Shown here: positions 12,866-25,863 of the stretch, piece after piece | Layout: each line of letters begins with the position of its first letter | How positions within the stretch are numbered: the stretch's first letter is position 1 | DNA from: Hydrolagus affinis | Taxonomy: Eukaryota | Direction: 5' to 3' | Length of the DNA: 64,000 nt | NCBI GenBank assembly: GCA_012026655.1 | Contig: JAAILG010000621.1 | Location: forward strand, 1 to 64,000 | The notes under the pieces: generated by a model | What the model was told of the DNA's origin: nothing | The model's database searches: none | The model's input: only the letters and a program-made list of their open reading frames with translations | Program-made: the position numbers and the translations under genes

Positions 12866-14139
12866 CCTGAAGTACCCTTTCAGTTAACAATCATAAATTA
12901 ACATTAGTTAACGACATCACTATTTTTGTTAAATATCCCGAGTTAACTCTCTCTCCCAGTAATACCATCAGCATTCAGTGTTTCAACAATAATAATATTT
13001 GAAAGAAACCAAGAACAATAAGTGGAAAAAGTAAGGGATAATTAGTCAAATCAATACTAATTTCTTACAGGAAGTGGGGATGGTGTCAATTGCTCTTAAA
13101 TAAAATGGATGAGCGGGTTCTAACAGAACCTAGGGCAGAGACATACTAAAGCATGAGACTCCCAGCCAGACAAGTCCTTCAGGCAAGCTGCCTGAGGTTA
13201 CAACCTCGAGAACTCTCTCTTGTCTGTTACTGCTGTTGTGATTGTAACAATGTAAAGAATGTTTAAACAAAGCAGCTTTTAAGGTATTTAAAGTCATCAA
13301 TTCCTTAGGGAGACATAGGATCTGAAAGTTCCCATGTGGTGAGTTCCCCACCTGATGTGTGTTGTGACAGAGGTATGCAGCAGGGGTTGGATGCTCACCC
13401 TTAAAACACAAGTAAGTATTGAAGAGTGAATGATCACGGCTGCTCTTGCAGACCTCCTAGTGGCTCTCTGAAGTACATCATCGATACATGCTGCGAGAGG
13501 GTTTCATGCACATCTCCTCTGTCTCACAATGCAGTGCAACGTTGGGGTATTTAACTAAGGTGGAGAAGAAGCTTTGAAAACTTGAAATATTGGAGAAAAT
13601 TCAAAAGGGTCACGTCTTCGTGAAAAACTATTTGGCAAATGTAGTTTATTGAAGACGGAGTATAGCCAGAGGAACTGTGTATCACTTGTCCATGGAGACA
13701 TCACAAGTAATTGGTGATGTTTTATTCCACCTCTTCTATCTATTCCTTTCCCTGGTTTTGCAATTTCTCTTACTTGTTGGCACCCCTCGGGTGGCCTCGG
13801 GATCTCGTTTATTATTTTTCTTAACATCAAAACCACCTAATAACACAAGGCACAACCCCTCCCAGCGTGATGCACCAGGTATTTCATTTAGCATAAGTCT
13901 CAGTACAAATTCATATTTCTAAATTTTCATTTACATTCATTTTCAGAATTTTTTCATTCGACTGTGCTAGAATTCAACTGGACAGCTAGGGAAAAAATGA
14001 TCTCACTAAAGGGGCAGAGCTTTAAAGGAATATTTCTGCTGTAGTGCCAGAAATAAAAGCACTCAGGCAAACTGCACACAGGCCTTTGGGAACCCTCAGA
14101 TTTTCACGCTTTGTGTAAGTGAATGTATTTTTGTAACGC

Positions 14140-14300
14140 TTCCCCTAATTTTCCTCCTTTACTTCCTGTAGGCAATGATTCATAGTGATGTATGGTTTGT
14201 TAGATGTCAACAGCTTTTCATTCTTTCACGTGTGAGCCAAGAACATGTCAATAAGACCCTATTTAATGTGAACAGCATCACCGCTAAACCAAATCTTTCC
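14140..14300 (-). mobile_element. LF-SINE-like 3' part
   Basis: attctttcacgtgtgagcc...ctatttaatgtgaacagcatcaccgctaaacc resembles the reverse LF-SINE 3' region. Confidence 0.5.
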
Positions 14301-14301
14301 T

Positions 14302-14590
14302 AGTTTGATTCCCAGTCTGTGTGGATTTGGCTGGTCTAAATTGGGGCATGAGATAGGAGGGCTACATTGGGTTTGCCTGAGCTAAAGAGGAGAAAGTAAG
14401 ACAGTGTTCCCATTTCTTGATCGCTATCCAGTGCTCTCCTATTGGGAAGAACACATTAGTATTCGCGTAGATGTCGGCAGGTGAGAAAACGATTCAACTT
14501 GCAATGAGGACAAGGTTTTAAAAGGCCTTATGGAACTGTACCCAGATCGATGCAACAATGTTAAGGAGAAAAGAAAATGGTGGAAATTGG
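14302..14590 (+). mobile_element. LF-SINE-like element
   Basis: gtttgattcccagtctgtg...cttgatcgctatccagtg...gtgagaaaacgatt...tggaactgtacccag. Confidence 0.65.
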
Positions 14591-14719
14591 AGAAATACAT
14601 GTCAGTGGCAGGATTCCTGCTGTCTCCACAGACATACCCTTTCGTGGGATTGATTTGGAAATAGGTAAATTGTCAACAACACAACTGAACCGCGATACAA
14701 ATGTGAACAAAATTCAAAT

Positions 14720-15090
14720 GAGATGGTGAGATTGGACCCTCACGGTTTATAAGTGCCAGGCATCTTTCAGCACATCACCTGAGTGGCAATTCTTCACTTG
14801 AGAGCCTTGGCAGTGAACGTCACAGGCTGATTGTGCATTTTACGGCACATTTGTAAAGCGTTTTGAGATGTCTCAAAGAGGTGATCAGGCGCTATATCAA
14901 ATGCGAGGATTATTAGGATTATTATTATTATCTATTCCAATAGCGCCTCTCAACAGTGAGTGGGAACTGTCTGATTTCACCCTCCCCAACAGCTGGCCTC
15001 ACTGAGATCAACTCACTCAGCACACACCAATATTCAGACCTGCTTTCGTCTTTAGCTGGTAGTGCTTTAAACCACAAGTTTATCGGAGGA
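14720..15090 (-). mobile_element. LF-SINE-like element interrupted by a SINE 3' tail (14833-14931, + strand)
   Basis: gagtggcaattcttcacttgagagcc...caggct on one side and ctgagatcaactcactcagcacac on the other, flanking tgtaaagcgttttgagatgtctc...ggattattatt. Confidence 0.6.
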
Positions 15091-16514
15091 GCTATGGACA
15101 ATCCCACTTATAACCCCAAAAAAAGGGAATTAAACCCAATCATTTTCCCTTCCACATGGAAATGATCAGAAATGAGACCATTTCAAACAATGTTGATTTA
15201 GAATAAGTTTGAAGGAATTTTTGCTGAGATTCTGGACTTTCTAAATAAAGCAATCCACAAGAATTGTTCTTTCATGGTTGGGATAAATATGTTGATACCC
15301 CAATTTGTTTGGATTCTCTCCTGGAATCACTTGGAAACTCATAAATAAGGCCACAGAGAGAGGGGGACTGTGGCAGCTTTTGTTTGAATGTTATATTTCC
15401 AGTACAAACAAAACACCAGTCATGTGAGTGTTCACAGAACTATACACTGGAGACCATTTATTGGCAGTCGCTTCATTGTCACTCTCTAAAGCCACAATTC
15501 TTCTCAACAGATCCTGTTATTTCTGATCTGATAATACTACCACTACACTGACCATTCTGCCTTTTTACTTGCTATGGAATTTGACATAAGCTAAATATAA
15601 AAGTTAATTAGGCCAACGTTACTCTGTTCTTGTGTTTTACCCAAAAAATGGAATGTCAGGAACACAGCAATTGATAGATCATCTGTTTCTTAGAGTTTCC
15701 TTCCTCCCCTCAAAACTAGAGTTAAAGAGAGGATAAGGGAGGGGGAAAAAAGACCAGTTTATCCCTTTTAAGTCTTTTTAAGTAGATTCCTGCAGCATTG
15801 CACAGTTCCAAAGGTGCAGTACATTGCAAAATACTCCTAGTCAGACTTGGTTAACAAAGCTTAACAAAGGGGCAGATGTGAAAGATTGAGAGTGATAGAA
15901 GTGAATAGTGACAAGGATTTTCTGATTCAAAGTGTGGTGTGGAGGCTAGTGACTGGTATGTTGCAATGGAAAAAGGGAAGGGAGGGTGAGCCAAGACAGA
16001 TATGGCTCTCAGGAGGCAGTGGGTATAACCACTGGGTGTGCTAAAATCGTGTTAGCTCTCTGGGCCTGGTACGGGAGCAGTGATTGAAGGTTCTGAAGCC
16101 CACCGAAAGGGCAGAGAGAGGGTTAGTGAAGTGTATTACCCGGTCAAGAAATTCAGGGACAGCCCTAACAATGAAAATCGCCAGTGCCTTTTAACTGTTT
16201 CGCCACAGGGATCCAAAAGGGATATCTTCACACTATATCTGCTGCACACTTCTCTGCTGAGAAGCGTTATTTGCGATTGAGCCAGTGGTATGTTTTGAGC
16301 TAGTGATTGTGTTGGTGTCCTGCGGGGTATTCCCCAAGTTGAAGAGTTGCTGTGTCTAGGGGAAGCAGAAGGTCCCACTGCCTGTTTTATCAGTTTGACC
16401 CTGATAGATTTTTAGGATTTCCAGGAGTCGCTGCTGTTGTAGTTTCCATGGGATCGTTGCTCTTAAGCAATGACACAAATCTGCTGTCAGCACAAGTGCC
16501 AAAGCATAAACTTG

Positions 16515-16835
16515 TCTAGTGGCTCACTTGGCGAGTGCACTGCCAGTGTGTAACTCAACCAGTCAGACTACAAAAAAAATGGCATGTTCAATTCTCAGTC
16601 TGTGCTGAGTTGGCTGATCTTAGCTGCGACAGTAGTCAGAGTGTCAGAGGTGATGTCAGCACTTTTGTGCTTGCTGTGATAACCCCTAACGGCTGAACGG
16701 CCTGCAGACACTTGCTGCTTAGACTACACAGGAAGGCAGGCTACTTGGTCAAGTTACTGGAGGGAAGCCAACGTCTGTGGAACTGAGCTCCTAACATACG
16801 TCAGCGCCTTCAGCAGAGGAAGAGAGTAAGTTGGG
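16515..16835 (+). mobile_element. Near full-length LF-SINE-like element
   Basis: tRNA-like head gtggctcacttggcgagtgcactg, core gtctgtgctgagttggctgatct, 3' part gcctgcagacact...tgtggaactg...gtcagcgccttcag. Confidence 0.75.
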
Positions 16836-17274
16836 AGGCGAACGAAAAGGACAGAGTGCAAGGTGACTCCCCATCTGATTTCCCTTTCCTCCCTGCGGGT
16901 TCAGCTACGTCTATCTACCTGATGGTAATGAAGAGATCAGGAAGTTGCGTGGGTGAGTAGCTCTAACCTAGCCCCTCACTGGGGGCTTTCAATGGAGGGT
17001 ACAGCGTTGGAATTTGAAGCAGGAAATTAGAGTGCAAACTCCACCCTGAGTGTTATTTGAATTCATATTCTTCCTGTGAGAGAGGCTTGTCAGTCTTTGA
17101 CCAGGCTATTCAAGTGTGGCGGTGCTGTCAGTGCAGAGGAATGCTCCCCTTCGAAGGTAGGAGGCACATTGATGAACTACTGAGCCAACACAGAGTGGCA
17201 CCGGGAGTGACAAGTAGCAGTATGAAATCAGATCAACCGGGATCTTTTGTTTGAGGAGCGAGAGGATAGAGATA

Positions 17275-17290
17275 GGGCGGGAATTGTAGT
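17275..17290 (-). promoter_or_regulatory. ACTACAATTCCC motif (ZNF143/THAP11-associated) overlapping a GC box
   Basis: The + strand reads gggcgggaattgtagt; 17279-17290 is the exact reverse complement of ACTACAATTCCC. Confidence 0.45.
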
Positions 17291-17730
17291 GAAATCACTG
17301 ACAGACAAACAGTATTAACTGCACTGAAGGACTTCATTGTGCTGTGAAGCAACGTGAACAGCACATTTAAAGGCTGCTGGTGATGAGGTTAAGTGCCATT
17401 GTTTAAAAGAGGAAATGCGCTCATTTACCAAACTCGTGAATCTGGATTTCTCAGGGTGTGACTTGCATGTCGTAATCTCGCAGGTAATGCAGCAGCTGTG
17501 ACCTTGTCCTCAGGGTTAAAACTCCAGCGCAGAAAAATATCCTTCAAAATATAGTTCTTCCACTGCTCTGTTAGAATACATTGGCTTCAACCACACAGCA
17601 CGCAGTAATCTTTGGGGCCATTATTGCCGATTGACGCTGGCATGTTGGTGGATACGTCAAGCCTTTGACCCATCAAGCAACACACCTCAGTGTTGGATCA
17701 ACCTCACAGGAAGTCACATCGATAGTTCCT

Positions 17731-17744
17731 GTTGCCATGGCATC
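17731..17744. promoter_or_regulatory. RFX X-box candidate
   Basis: gttgccatggcatc is 1 mismatch from the palindrome GTTGCCATGGCAAC; an ETS core caggaagt lies at 17707-17714. Confidence 0.4.
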
Positions 17745-18081
17745 CTGCATCCTGCATGCTTGATGCTTTCCAACCATAAGTTCATTTGCTGAGGTCCGAA
17801 CAAATTAACCTCTACTAGGCACACTGGAAAAGTCCCAAGTAAAGCTTTCTACTGGGGATTATTTTATTTTTGTTAAACAGCACCTCATGATACGCACAGT
17901 GGGCTGGCTCCAGTTAATGTTGTAATACTGTTACTCAGGCATGTTTACTGGTCAAACAATTTACCAGCAGCAATGTCAAGCAAGGCTTTTTCTCCATCTA
18001 GTTTTTCCTTCTTCCTTCTCACTCAGTACTGAATGGTGTCTTACACAATTCTGCACACTGTCTCATACAGTACTGTCTCCC

Positions 18082-18350
18082 AACAACAACAATAAATTAC
18101 ATTTGTACAGAGTCTTTCACATCAGGAGGATGTTCCAAAGCGCTGGACAGTCAAGGATTTGCACTGAAGCTGTGGGTTAGGATTAGGAGGGGTGGAGGGC
18201 AAAGGGGGAGTAGGGCTCGGAGGGTCCACTGTAGAAGAGGATGGGTGGTAGAAGAAGATGGGCCTTGAAGGAAGCAAGGGAGGTGGCGTGGTGAAGGGAC
18301 TATGGGATGGAGTTCTAAAGGGTGGGAGCAGGAAGGCTGAAAGCACTCAC
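18082..18350 (-). mobile_element. L2 3' end
   Basis: caacaacaac tail, ctttcacatcaggaggatgttccaaagcgctgg, a purine-rich UTR, and ggccttgaaggaa...tatgggatggagttc. Confidence 0.85.
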
Positions 18351-19261
18351 ATAGCACTGCCCTCTTTGGGGGTTATGGGCAAACGTTATGAGTGTGGTAT
18401 AATCTCCTCTGAGAAGGCCAGCAGGAACAGGACTTATTTTCACTCCGGGACCATCCAGAGAGACCTCAGAGGAGTTTCCCAGTCCTCTACATTCCTATGT
18501 TCTAAGGTTTATTGTTTAGCTCTTACTATGCAGCTGAACTATTGTGTTCTTGGGGTGAGAACACTATAATACACAATTTTGTCCCCGTACTGGCAACACA
18601 AATGTGTTTTGCAACCCTGATGGCAGTTATGATATAAAACCTGACAATAACGTCAGCCTGGTGGCATGGCGGTTGAACAGTGAATGAAGGTAGAAGTCGT
18701 ATCTCTGTGGGGTGGGAAAACTTCCCCTCTGGAAATTCTAGCAGATAGTCTGTGGCGAATGAAGTCAACTGAGAATTGGAATTAACACAACAACCAAAGC
18801 TGCTTAACTTTAAGAAAAATCTGGTTTGTCCAGAGTTTCATCAGGTTTATAAAATTAAACACATTTGGAAAATTTTCATCGCATTTTGCAGTTAATGTCC
18901 TCCACCGTTTGCTCTGTCTGAATGACCAGAACCGATAGACAGGCTCCGTTGTACCACCTGGCTACATCTTCATTCCGGGCTAGCGCTCGGGAATCAGAAA
19001 TACTGCCGATTGCTGACATTCCTCAAACACTCGGGATTTTGTGAACCATATTTTGAGTCAGCGCTCCTCATTGAGAATTTGTTTTTCAAATAATTAAGTA
19101 ATTGCTCACAGTGTTTTCAGCCCGCTGTCAGGAGTGTGATTGAAGACTATCCTACTCTATTAGAATAAGTGAGCAGTGGAGAGTCCAGGTGGCTAAATGG
19201 CTTGGGGCTATTTCCTTCCAGTTTCCGTTTTATGGCCTGACTCAGACTTCAGCTCAGTCCA

Positions 19262-19275
19262 CTAGCAGGGGGCAG
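19262..19275 (+). promoter_or_regulatory. CTCF core-like motif
   Basis: ctagcagggggcag compared with CCAGCAGGGGGCAG; motif match only. Confidence 0.3.
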
Positions 19276-20984
19276 TTCATTGCCTGTTGAGGTTTTGCTG
19301 TGCAATTGGGTTCTGGGATTGACTGCTTTTATCCTAGCTCCAATGAAAGGCATGACAATGTTACACTAAGACATCAAATGCGGAAAGTAATTAACCAGAG
19401 CATATTTTGGTTTTCAGATCAAGTTAATATTTTACCAGTGGAGCTCTTAAAAAGCATATGTTAGTAACCTGTGCTAATTGCCACAACCAGAGATCTGTGG
19501 AGTGGATTAAAGCCCATTTGTCAGCCATTAATTGTTGACTGGATAACTTGAACAGTAAAGTGTATTTACAAGAACATAAATATTCATCAATATTAAGCAA
19601 TAACGGCGATTTTCCACTGTGCGAAAGGGCATGGATTTGCACTTGATTTTGTTAAGCATACTTTAACAGAAATATGTTTGTTTTGTATCTGTTCATTTAT
19701 CCACAGTGTGAATGTTGGGGTGGGGGGGGAGGGGTGAGAGAGAGACAGTGGCTATAAATATCACATGGGTTGGAGGATATCACCAATTTGCTACTGCCAC
19801 AACCACAATGATTAGAGCCAGTGAAGTGAGGTGCTCTTTTTATGAATGTAACTGTTGATGTGAGGTTGGGAGAGATGCTGTTGAATTATGTTTTGGAATT
19901 ACTTCCAGCTTGTCATCACATGTGATTTATTATCTGGGAGTCCCTTGATAGAGGAATTCTCATGTGAGAGTAAGTAACATGTACACAACAGCCCTGCAAC
20001 TTGGGCTGGTCTTAGCTCCAGAGATTGCAGTATGCAGCAATGTCCTGGTGAAACAAGATCCATGTCAGTTCCTGTAACCCTTCCCATCTTTGAAGTCTGC
20101 GTGCAGCGAGGACTGAAGCTGTGAAGGTCTTGTACAAAGTGGGCTCCTCTCAGCTGGGGTGAACCCTTGTTCAAGTACCCGACCTCTGGTGCTGCAATCA
20201 TGGGCATTCTTTTTCTTAACTGCAAATCATTAAAGAAATCAAACCAATAGCAAGGAGCAGAAGTTGTGCGCAGCTCTGCCCTGGAAAAGTCTGTTTGCTG
20301 AAATGTCTCTAAATTACATGGTGTGGAATAAATGTATCCAGTGCAAATGCTCTACATCTTGAGCCTCGAGGGAATCATCCTTTGACAGAGCTGCAAGCGG
20401 CTACTTATACGATACTTAAGAATTTTGATTTTAAACTTTACTGCATGAAGATGTAGGACACAATGACAAAAATCTCACAAGACAATCTTGCCTTTGTGAA
20501 AATTGCGTTTTTTTTGGTTTGGCACATCTGATCAACCAAATAAGCCCAAGAACCACATAAGGAAACTGCTGGTGAGGAGAAAATCATGATCAGATGCCAG
20601 AAATTCCATTTACTCTTAACCCACAAGACCAATTTGTCTTACGATTTATGACTGTGTGGATTTGTGATTCACTCTTCATTTGGAAAGGTTTTGAATTCAG
20701 TCTTCATTTGGATGCAGGTTACTCCAAACTGGTTTTCAAAATAAAACTGAATTGGAAATGTTTTCATAATTTTGCTCAATCTTAAAAATTTAAGTCAAAA
20801 TGATCTTACAAGCTAATTGGATTCTAAGAAGTCTGAGTACCCTGATCTATACTGAACTACATTCCACTTTTAATAAGCCGATAACATGCTCCTTCGGGTC
20901 ACGTGAATATAAATAATAATAATATGGTTAAAGTCTGACCAGGATTGAAACAAATCGCCTAAAGACTTTCTTCTTTGATCATGC

Positions 20985-21080
20985 TCACCTCTCTCCTCCC
21001 TCTCCCCTCAGTTCGGGGTCAGACTCCGACACTCTATCCCATGAAGGGCACTGTATAAATGCAAGTTCTAAGTCTTGTTA
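20985..21080 (+). mobile_element. L2 3' end remnant
   Basis: cccctcagttcggggtcagac...catgaagggcactgtataaatgcaagtt. Confidence 0.6.
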
Positions 21081-22407
21081 AAAAAAATTTGATCTGCTTT
21101 TCAACCTCTAAGTTATTATTTGAGTTTAGAAATGCCCAGTTTTTCTTTTAATCGTTTCTCCCGCAGTCCCTGCCAACTTCGTTTTCAGAGGTTGAATAAA
21201 TATACTTTATGACCTTGGCTGTAGAATGCCAGTGGTGGCTGCAGCAATGCAGAGTTAAGCTCCTGGTTCAGTCACACACTCTGTTGCAAAGCCTTTGAAA
21301 CCAAAGTTGGCAGAGGGTTTGGAACAGTCTGGACATTACTCCACTGCTATTAATGGGCTTTGTACCAATGGAGGTCTGACGTTCTTGCACACAAATAAAA
21401 GAACATCATTATTTGGTACAGCAACAATGCAATATTTTGTTTTTCACATGGAAAATTTTGTTTCCATTTTCAACACTTTCTTGAATCAGTGCACGGCTCA
21501 GTTAAGACCATTAGGCAATCATTCACAGAGGTACCCGCATTTTGAATCTCAATGCAAGTGAGTTATCCCCTTGCGGGGCACTGAAATATTTGTCTTATCG
21601 TTTGTCACACTGGCTAAAGATGTCTACCATCTCCCAGTGGTTATTGGCCATATTTTGCTTCTCAGATGTGGCCACTTCCCCATCGATGAAACAACTTGCG
21701 GTTTCATATAAAAAAATAGCATATAGACAGCAAAATCACTCGCTTCGTGTGATCTGACTTGCATGTTTTCTGTACACTTTATTGTGTAGATGTCTTGTCA
21801 CCTATCATGCACATGCTTGATCCATGTTTGAGTTTCAGTGTGTGTATGTGGACGCCCAGTAAAGTATTACCATTTCAATTGATTGATGGAGGTAAAATTT
21901 GTTGCTGGAATGTTACTGATGTGTAGAAAAACTTACTGCTGGTAATTTGCAGAGCAATTATGTAATGAATATAAAATGTGCAAAACCATATATAGGTAAA
22001 CAATGTTCTGTATGTAGTGTATCTACTCCGAGAATCTCTTTTTTATTATAGAGTGGTCATTTCTGTCTCAGTGGTCACACCTATGACCACAGGTCAATTT
22101 GGGATGAACAGCACTTACATAGAGCTTGCTGCCCATTGGGAAAGGGTGGACTGACCTGAAAAAGATACAGCAAACTATTCATTGCTGGAAGAGTTGACTG
22201 ATTTGATTTGATCTCCTTGCATTATGTGTGGGAATGATGTGTACTTGATGTGCTTGTACAGTAATTCATCTCATTATCCACAGTGCTCAATTTCACACCC
22301 AAGAGCAATCTTTGTTAACTCCAGTTCTCTTTGCCTTATATTCACTTGTCTCAATCCTTTTTTTAATGAGGTTACAATCTGGCACACGAGTTTTTTTTAG
22401 CTTGCTG

Positions 22408-22838
22408 GCGTCAGCCTGGCTCTGTTTCTAGTTACTCTCACCTCTGAGTCACAAGGTTGCAGGTTCAAGCCCCATGTTGGGACTTGAACTCACCCTGTCT
22501 ACCCTGACTCGTCAATATGTTGTTCGACGTGTGCTACATTGTTGGAGATGCCATCGTTTGGATTACAGGAAAACTGAGGTCCTGCCCTGCTTAGAAGAGT
22601 GCTAAGGATCCCAGAACTCTCCTCAAAAAGTGAAAGGTGCTTCACCTGTTGGCCCGGCTAACATTCCTCCAGTTCAAATTGCCCATGGCTGTTTATGTGA
22701 CAGAGCTGTGTGCAAACTGGCTGCTGCATTCACTTATAAAATATAGTCAGTATAGTTTACATAAATCCTGTGAAGGGTTTTGAGGGATCCTCCTGATGTG
22801 AAAGGTGCCATATCAAATGCCAACATTATTATTGTTGA
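22408..22838 (+). mobile_element. DeuSINE-type element (tRNA head, Deu domain, L2-type tail), decayed but full length
   Basis: Head cacctctgagtcacaaggttgcaggttcaagccc; core ttgttggagatgccatc...aaactgaggtcct...ggctaacattcctcc...ctgtgtgcaaactggctgctgcatt; tail ctgtgaag...gatgtgaaaggtgccatatcaaatgc. Confidence 0.8.
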
Positions 22839-24237
22839 TAAACATGACTGATCCTGGCATCTGAACATTTCTGACCTAATTTCCTTCAGTAATTCTTGCA
22901 TTCAGATATTTGTAGTGATTTACTAGCTGCCAGTGTAAATTTTCCACCCAATCTACTCCAATGGAAACTTTTCTGCATAGACTTCGAACCAAATACCGAT
23001 ACCTAGTCACTTACTAGGCTTATTATACCAGCAGGTTGCCTTTCCAGGCTCATGATGAACGTTTCTATTGTAAGTGCAAACTTCCACTAAGCTTCAAACA
23101 GGACAGGTTTAAAACGGCACAGTCTGTAAGGCACAAAGAAAACATTGTTGCTGCTTGAAATATAGGTTTGATTTATAATATAACACACTTTTACAACATT
23201 ATTTTTCCAATATTGTACCCAACCAACGGCTCTTTCATTCATTGCCGAGTGCTAACATTTCATAATGTAAATCTTGTCAGCACCATAATATCATGGCATA
23301 GCTATGAATGGCCATATTTAAAAAAAATGTCTGTGTGGAAATTTATGGGTGTGGAAAGTAATTTATACGAAGCCACCTGCTACACATTATGTTAATTAAG
23401 CCAAGACCTGTAGTATAAAAGGGGGTCGCATGGGAGAGACTGTACAAGACACACACTCAGGTAGTGCTGCCAGTCGCTGGCTGATCTGTTGTTTTTATGT
23501 GCAATGGGGGAAAAAAAATCCTATTATAGTGAAGAAAAGGCAAGTCAGGATGCATAAATAATGATACAGATGATTCTTTTATTTCAAAAGGGAATTTATT
23601 TTAAATTGTACTGTGGTAAGTTGATTAAAAATTAAATGAATTACATTGTAAAGTTTGGCAAGGGTTTTGAACAACATACTGGTGTTGAGCTAAATCATTC
23701 AGTCTCAACCACCAACACACATTTGCTTTTAAGAAAATGCATATATTCACTTTAATGATTATTGTACAATGTGAATGACAGCAGATGAGTCTCCTAAATA
23801 AAATAATGGAGCGTGGTTTAATAGGTGGAGGTTTTATTAGGTTGATGAAGAGATTTTTTCTTGAGTGAATCACTGGTGTTTTGTGTTTTGTTTTGGTCTT
23901 TGCAGGACTTCAATACACTCAGCTTTGGTCACTTTGAAATCTCGAAGACACTTTGAAATCTTTAACTGTTGGCAATTGTACACTGTTCAATTTATTGCAC
24001 GTATTTCTTTGGTGATGTGTTATTGGAACACTCAACAGTTCAGTATATGTCTATTTATATTCTGCTTTTAAAACCCTTTCCCACTGTGTGCTGACCATTT
24101 CCATAAGTGTTAAAACGTAATTCTATTGGTTAAAGCAGTAAAACGTGAATAATGCAACTGACTGCCAATTGATTGTTATAACTTTCCACCAGTAGATGTG
24201 ACTTGGTACTATTTTCTTGTAGAACTATTTTTTAAAA

Positions 24238-24341
24238 ATATATACACAGTCAATTTACTTTACGATATGTTGTGAAGCAGTTTGAGACGTCTCAAAGACA
24301 TGATAAGGCGCTATATCAAAATGCAAGGATTATTATTATTA
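24238..24341 (+). mobile_element. 3' fragment of the young SINE
   Basis: acagtcaatttactttac...tgtgaagcagtttgagacgtctc...gcaaggattattattatt. Confidence 0.85.
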
Positions 24342-24644
24342 AGTAGTGTATTGTCACCAAATGTAATAACTACATTTTGTTTCTTTCTATAAATGGTTTA
24401 TCTTTTGTCTATTATCTTTGAATTTACCAGTGACTCATTTATAGTACAGACAGAACAATTCCTCCATATATTCCCAAGACAAAGGCACATTCTATTTACA
24501 TCAGCCCCACACATTCGATAATATCTTGTCCATATTTGACCAACAGATAGACTCTGGCCTCACACACTACAGTAACTGGTACCATATAGCGTTCCCCTGG
24601 GTTTACCCTAACCCCTGTTTCACACAGAGGTGGAAAAGTTCACT

Positions 24645-24662
24645 CTTCCACCTAGTGGCCTG
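24645..24662 (-). promoter_or_regulatory. CTCF core-like motif
   Basis: The minus strand reads ggccactaggtggaag; motif match only. Confidence 0.3.
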
Positions 24663-25229
24663 ACTGTGAACTGACAAAACATCTCAGGCATGCTCTTGAG
24701 TTTGGCATTAAATCAATGCCCATGGAATGAATGGGAAGAACATTGAAAATCAAAATGTATCTACATGAGATGAAAATTTAGTTGGGGATCCATTACTTTC
24801 ACCTGGATTTGGTTTGCTGCAGTTGCTCTAAAAGTAACAATGCGCTGTTTGGTGTCAAATTGCAGTTCTGGACATCTGCTGTGTTTGTCTGGAAAGGGGG
24901 AATCCACTTCCACTGTGATTCAAGTCAATCTAATTAAAAGTTGCTTGGAGAGTACAACAGCAACAAAACAAATTGACAGCATGTACAAGGTGTTTTTCCG
25001 AAACTACATGTACATAACTAATCATGAATTTCCAACGATGCCTTGGCAACTGAGGTGTACAGAAATTAAGTGTCCCGACAACAACAACTTGCATTTATAT
25101 ATTATAATCTATCTATATCTACTGCAGCCTTTCTGTGATTACACTGTGCTATCCTATTATGTGTTTATATTTTGCCCAGATAACCATCGTAATGTTTCCT
25201 CTTCCACACTTTTTCACATCAAGACTTGA

Positions 25230-25720
25230 TTTCTCTGACCGATTTATCTGAACCCTTCACAAGTTCCAGAACATCCAGAAATCTACAGCCCACATTCTCT
25301 CCAGCACCAGTCTTTGTGAGCCCAACATTCATATCCTCACCAGGCATCACTAGTTCCTACCCAATTGACTTTAAGATCCTTATTCTAACATTCAGATACT
25401 CCCATGCCCATTCCCATCCGACCTCTATGATTTTCCACAATTGTGCTCCGCTGACCGCACCTTCCACTCAGTTAATTCAGTTCTGCTTCACATTTTCCCC
25501 CCCAACCTTTTGCCCTGCCTTTGTCTGGTGAGCTTTTGGCAACTTCCCCCACGCCCTCCTCCCCCATTTTCTGGAATTCTCTCTCTAAATCCCTCCACCT
25601 AAAACTCACCCTCTCAGTTCTCTAAACCACCTAACAACCTATCTCTTTGCCTGTAACTTCAGCCAGCCCGCTATCTACTACCCCAACTATTATCATATAT
25701 TTTCTTATGTGAAGGAAACT
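25230..25720 (+). mobile_element. Old L2 ORF2 3' remnant
   Basis: Translates YPIDFKILILTF; also ggtgagcttttggc...tctggaattctctc...acctatctctttg, colinear with the 2609 copy. Confidence 0.7.
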
Positions 25721-25802
25721 ATACTAAAGTATATAAGCGTAAAACTCTGCTATGTCAAACAAAATCAGAAGTGGCGACCGTTCACATTTCAACACTGCTT
25801 AC

Positions 25803-25863
25803 CTTTGCATCGAGGTGTGTGAGAAATTGTGCTGTAGGAAAATTCTACGAATATTCCCGACTC
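25803..25863 (-). other. Candidate 61-nt spliced exon, host transcript unknown
   Basis: Minus strand acceptor gtctttgtctcttttcag|GAGTCG and donor GCAAAG|gtaagc; no recognisable peptide. Confidence 0.45.
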
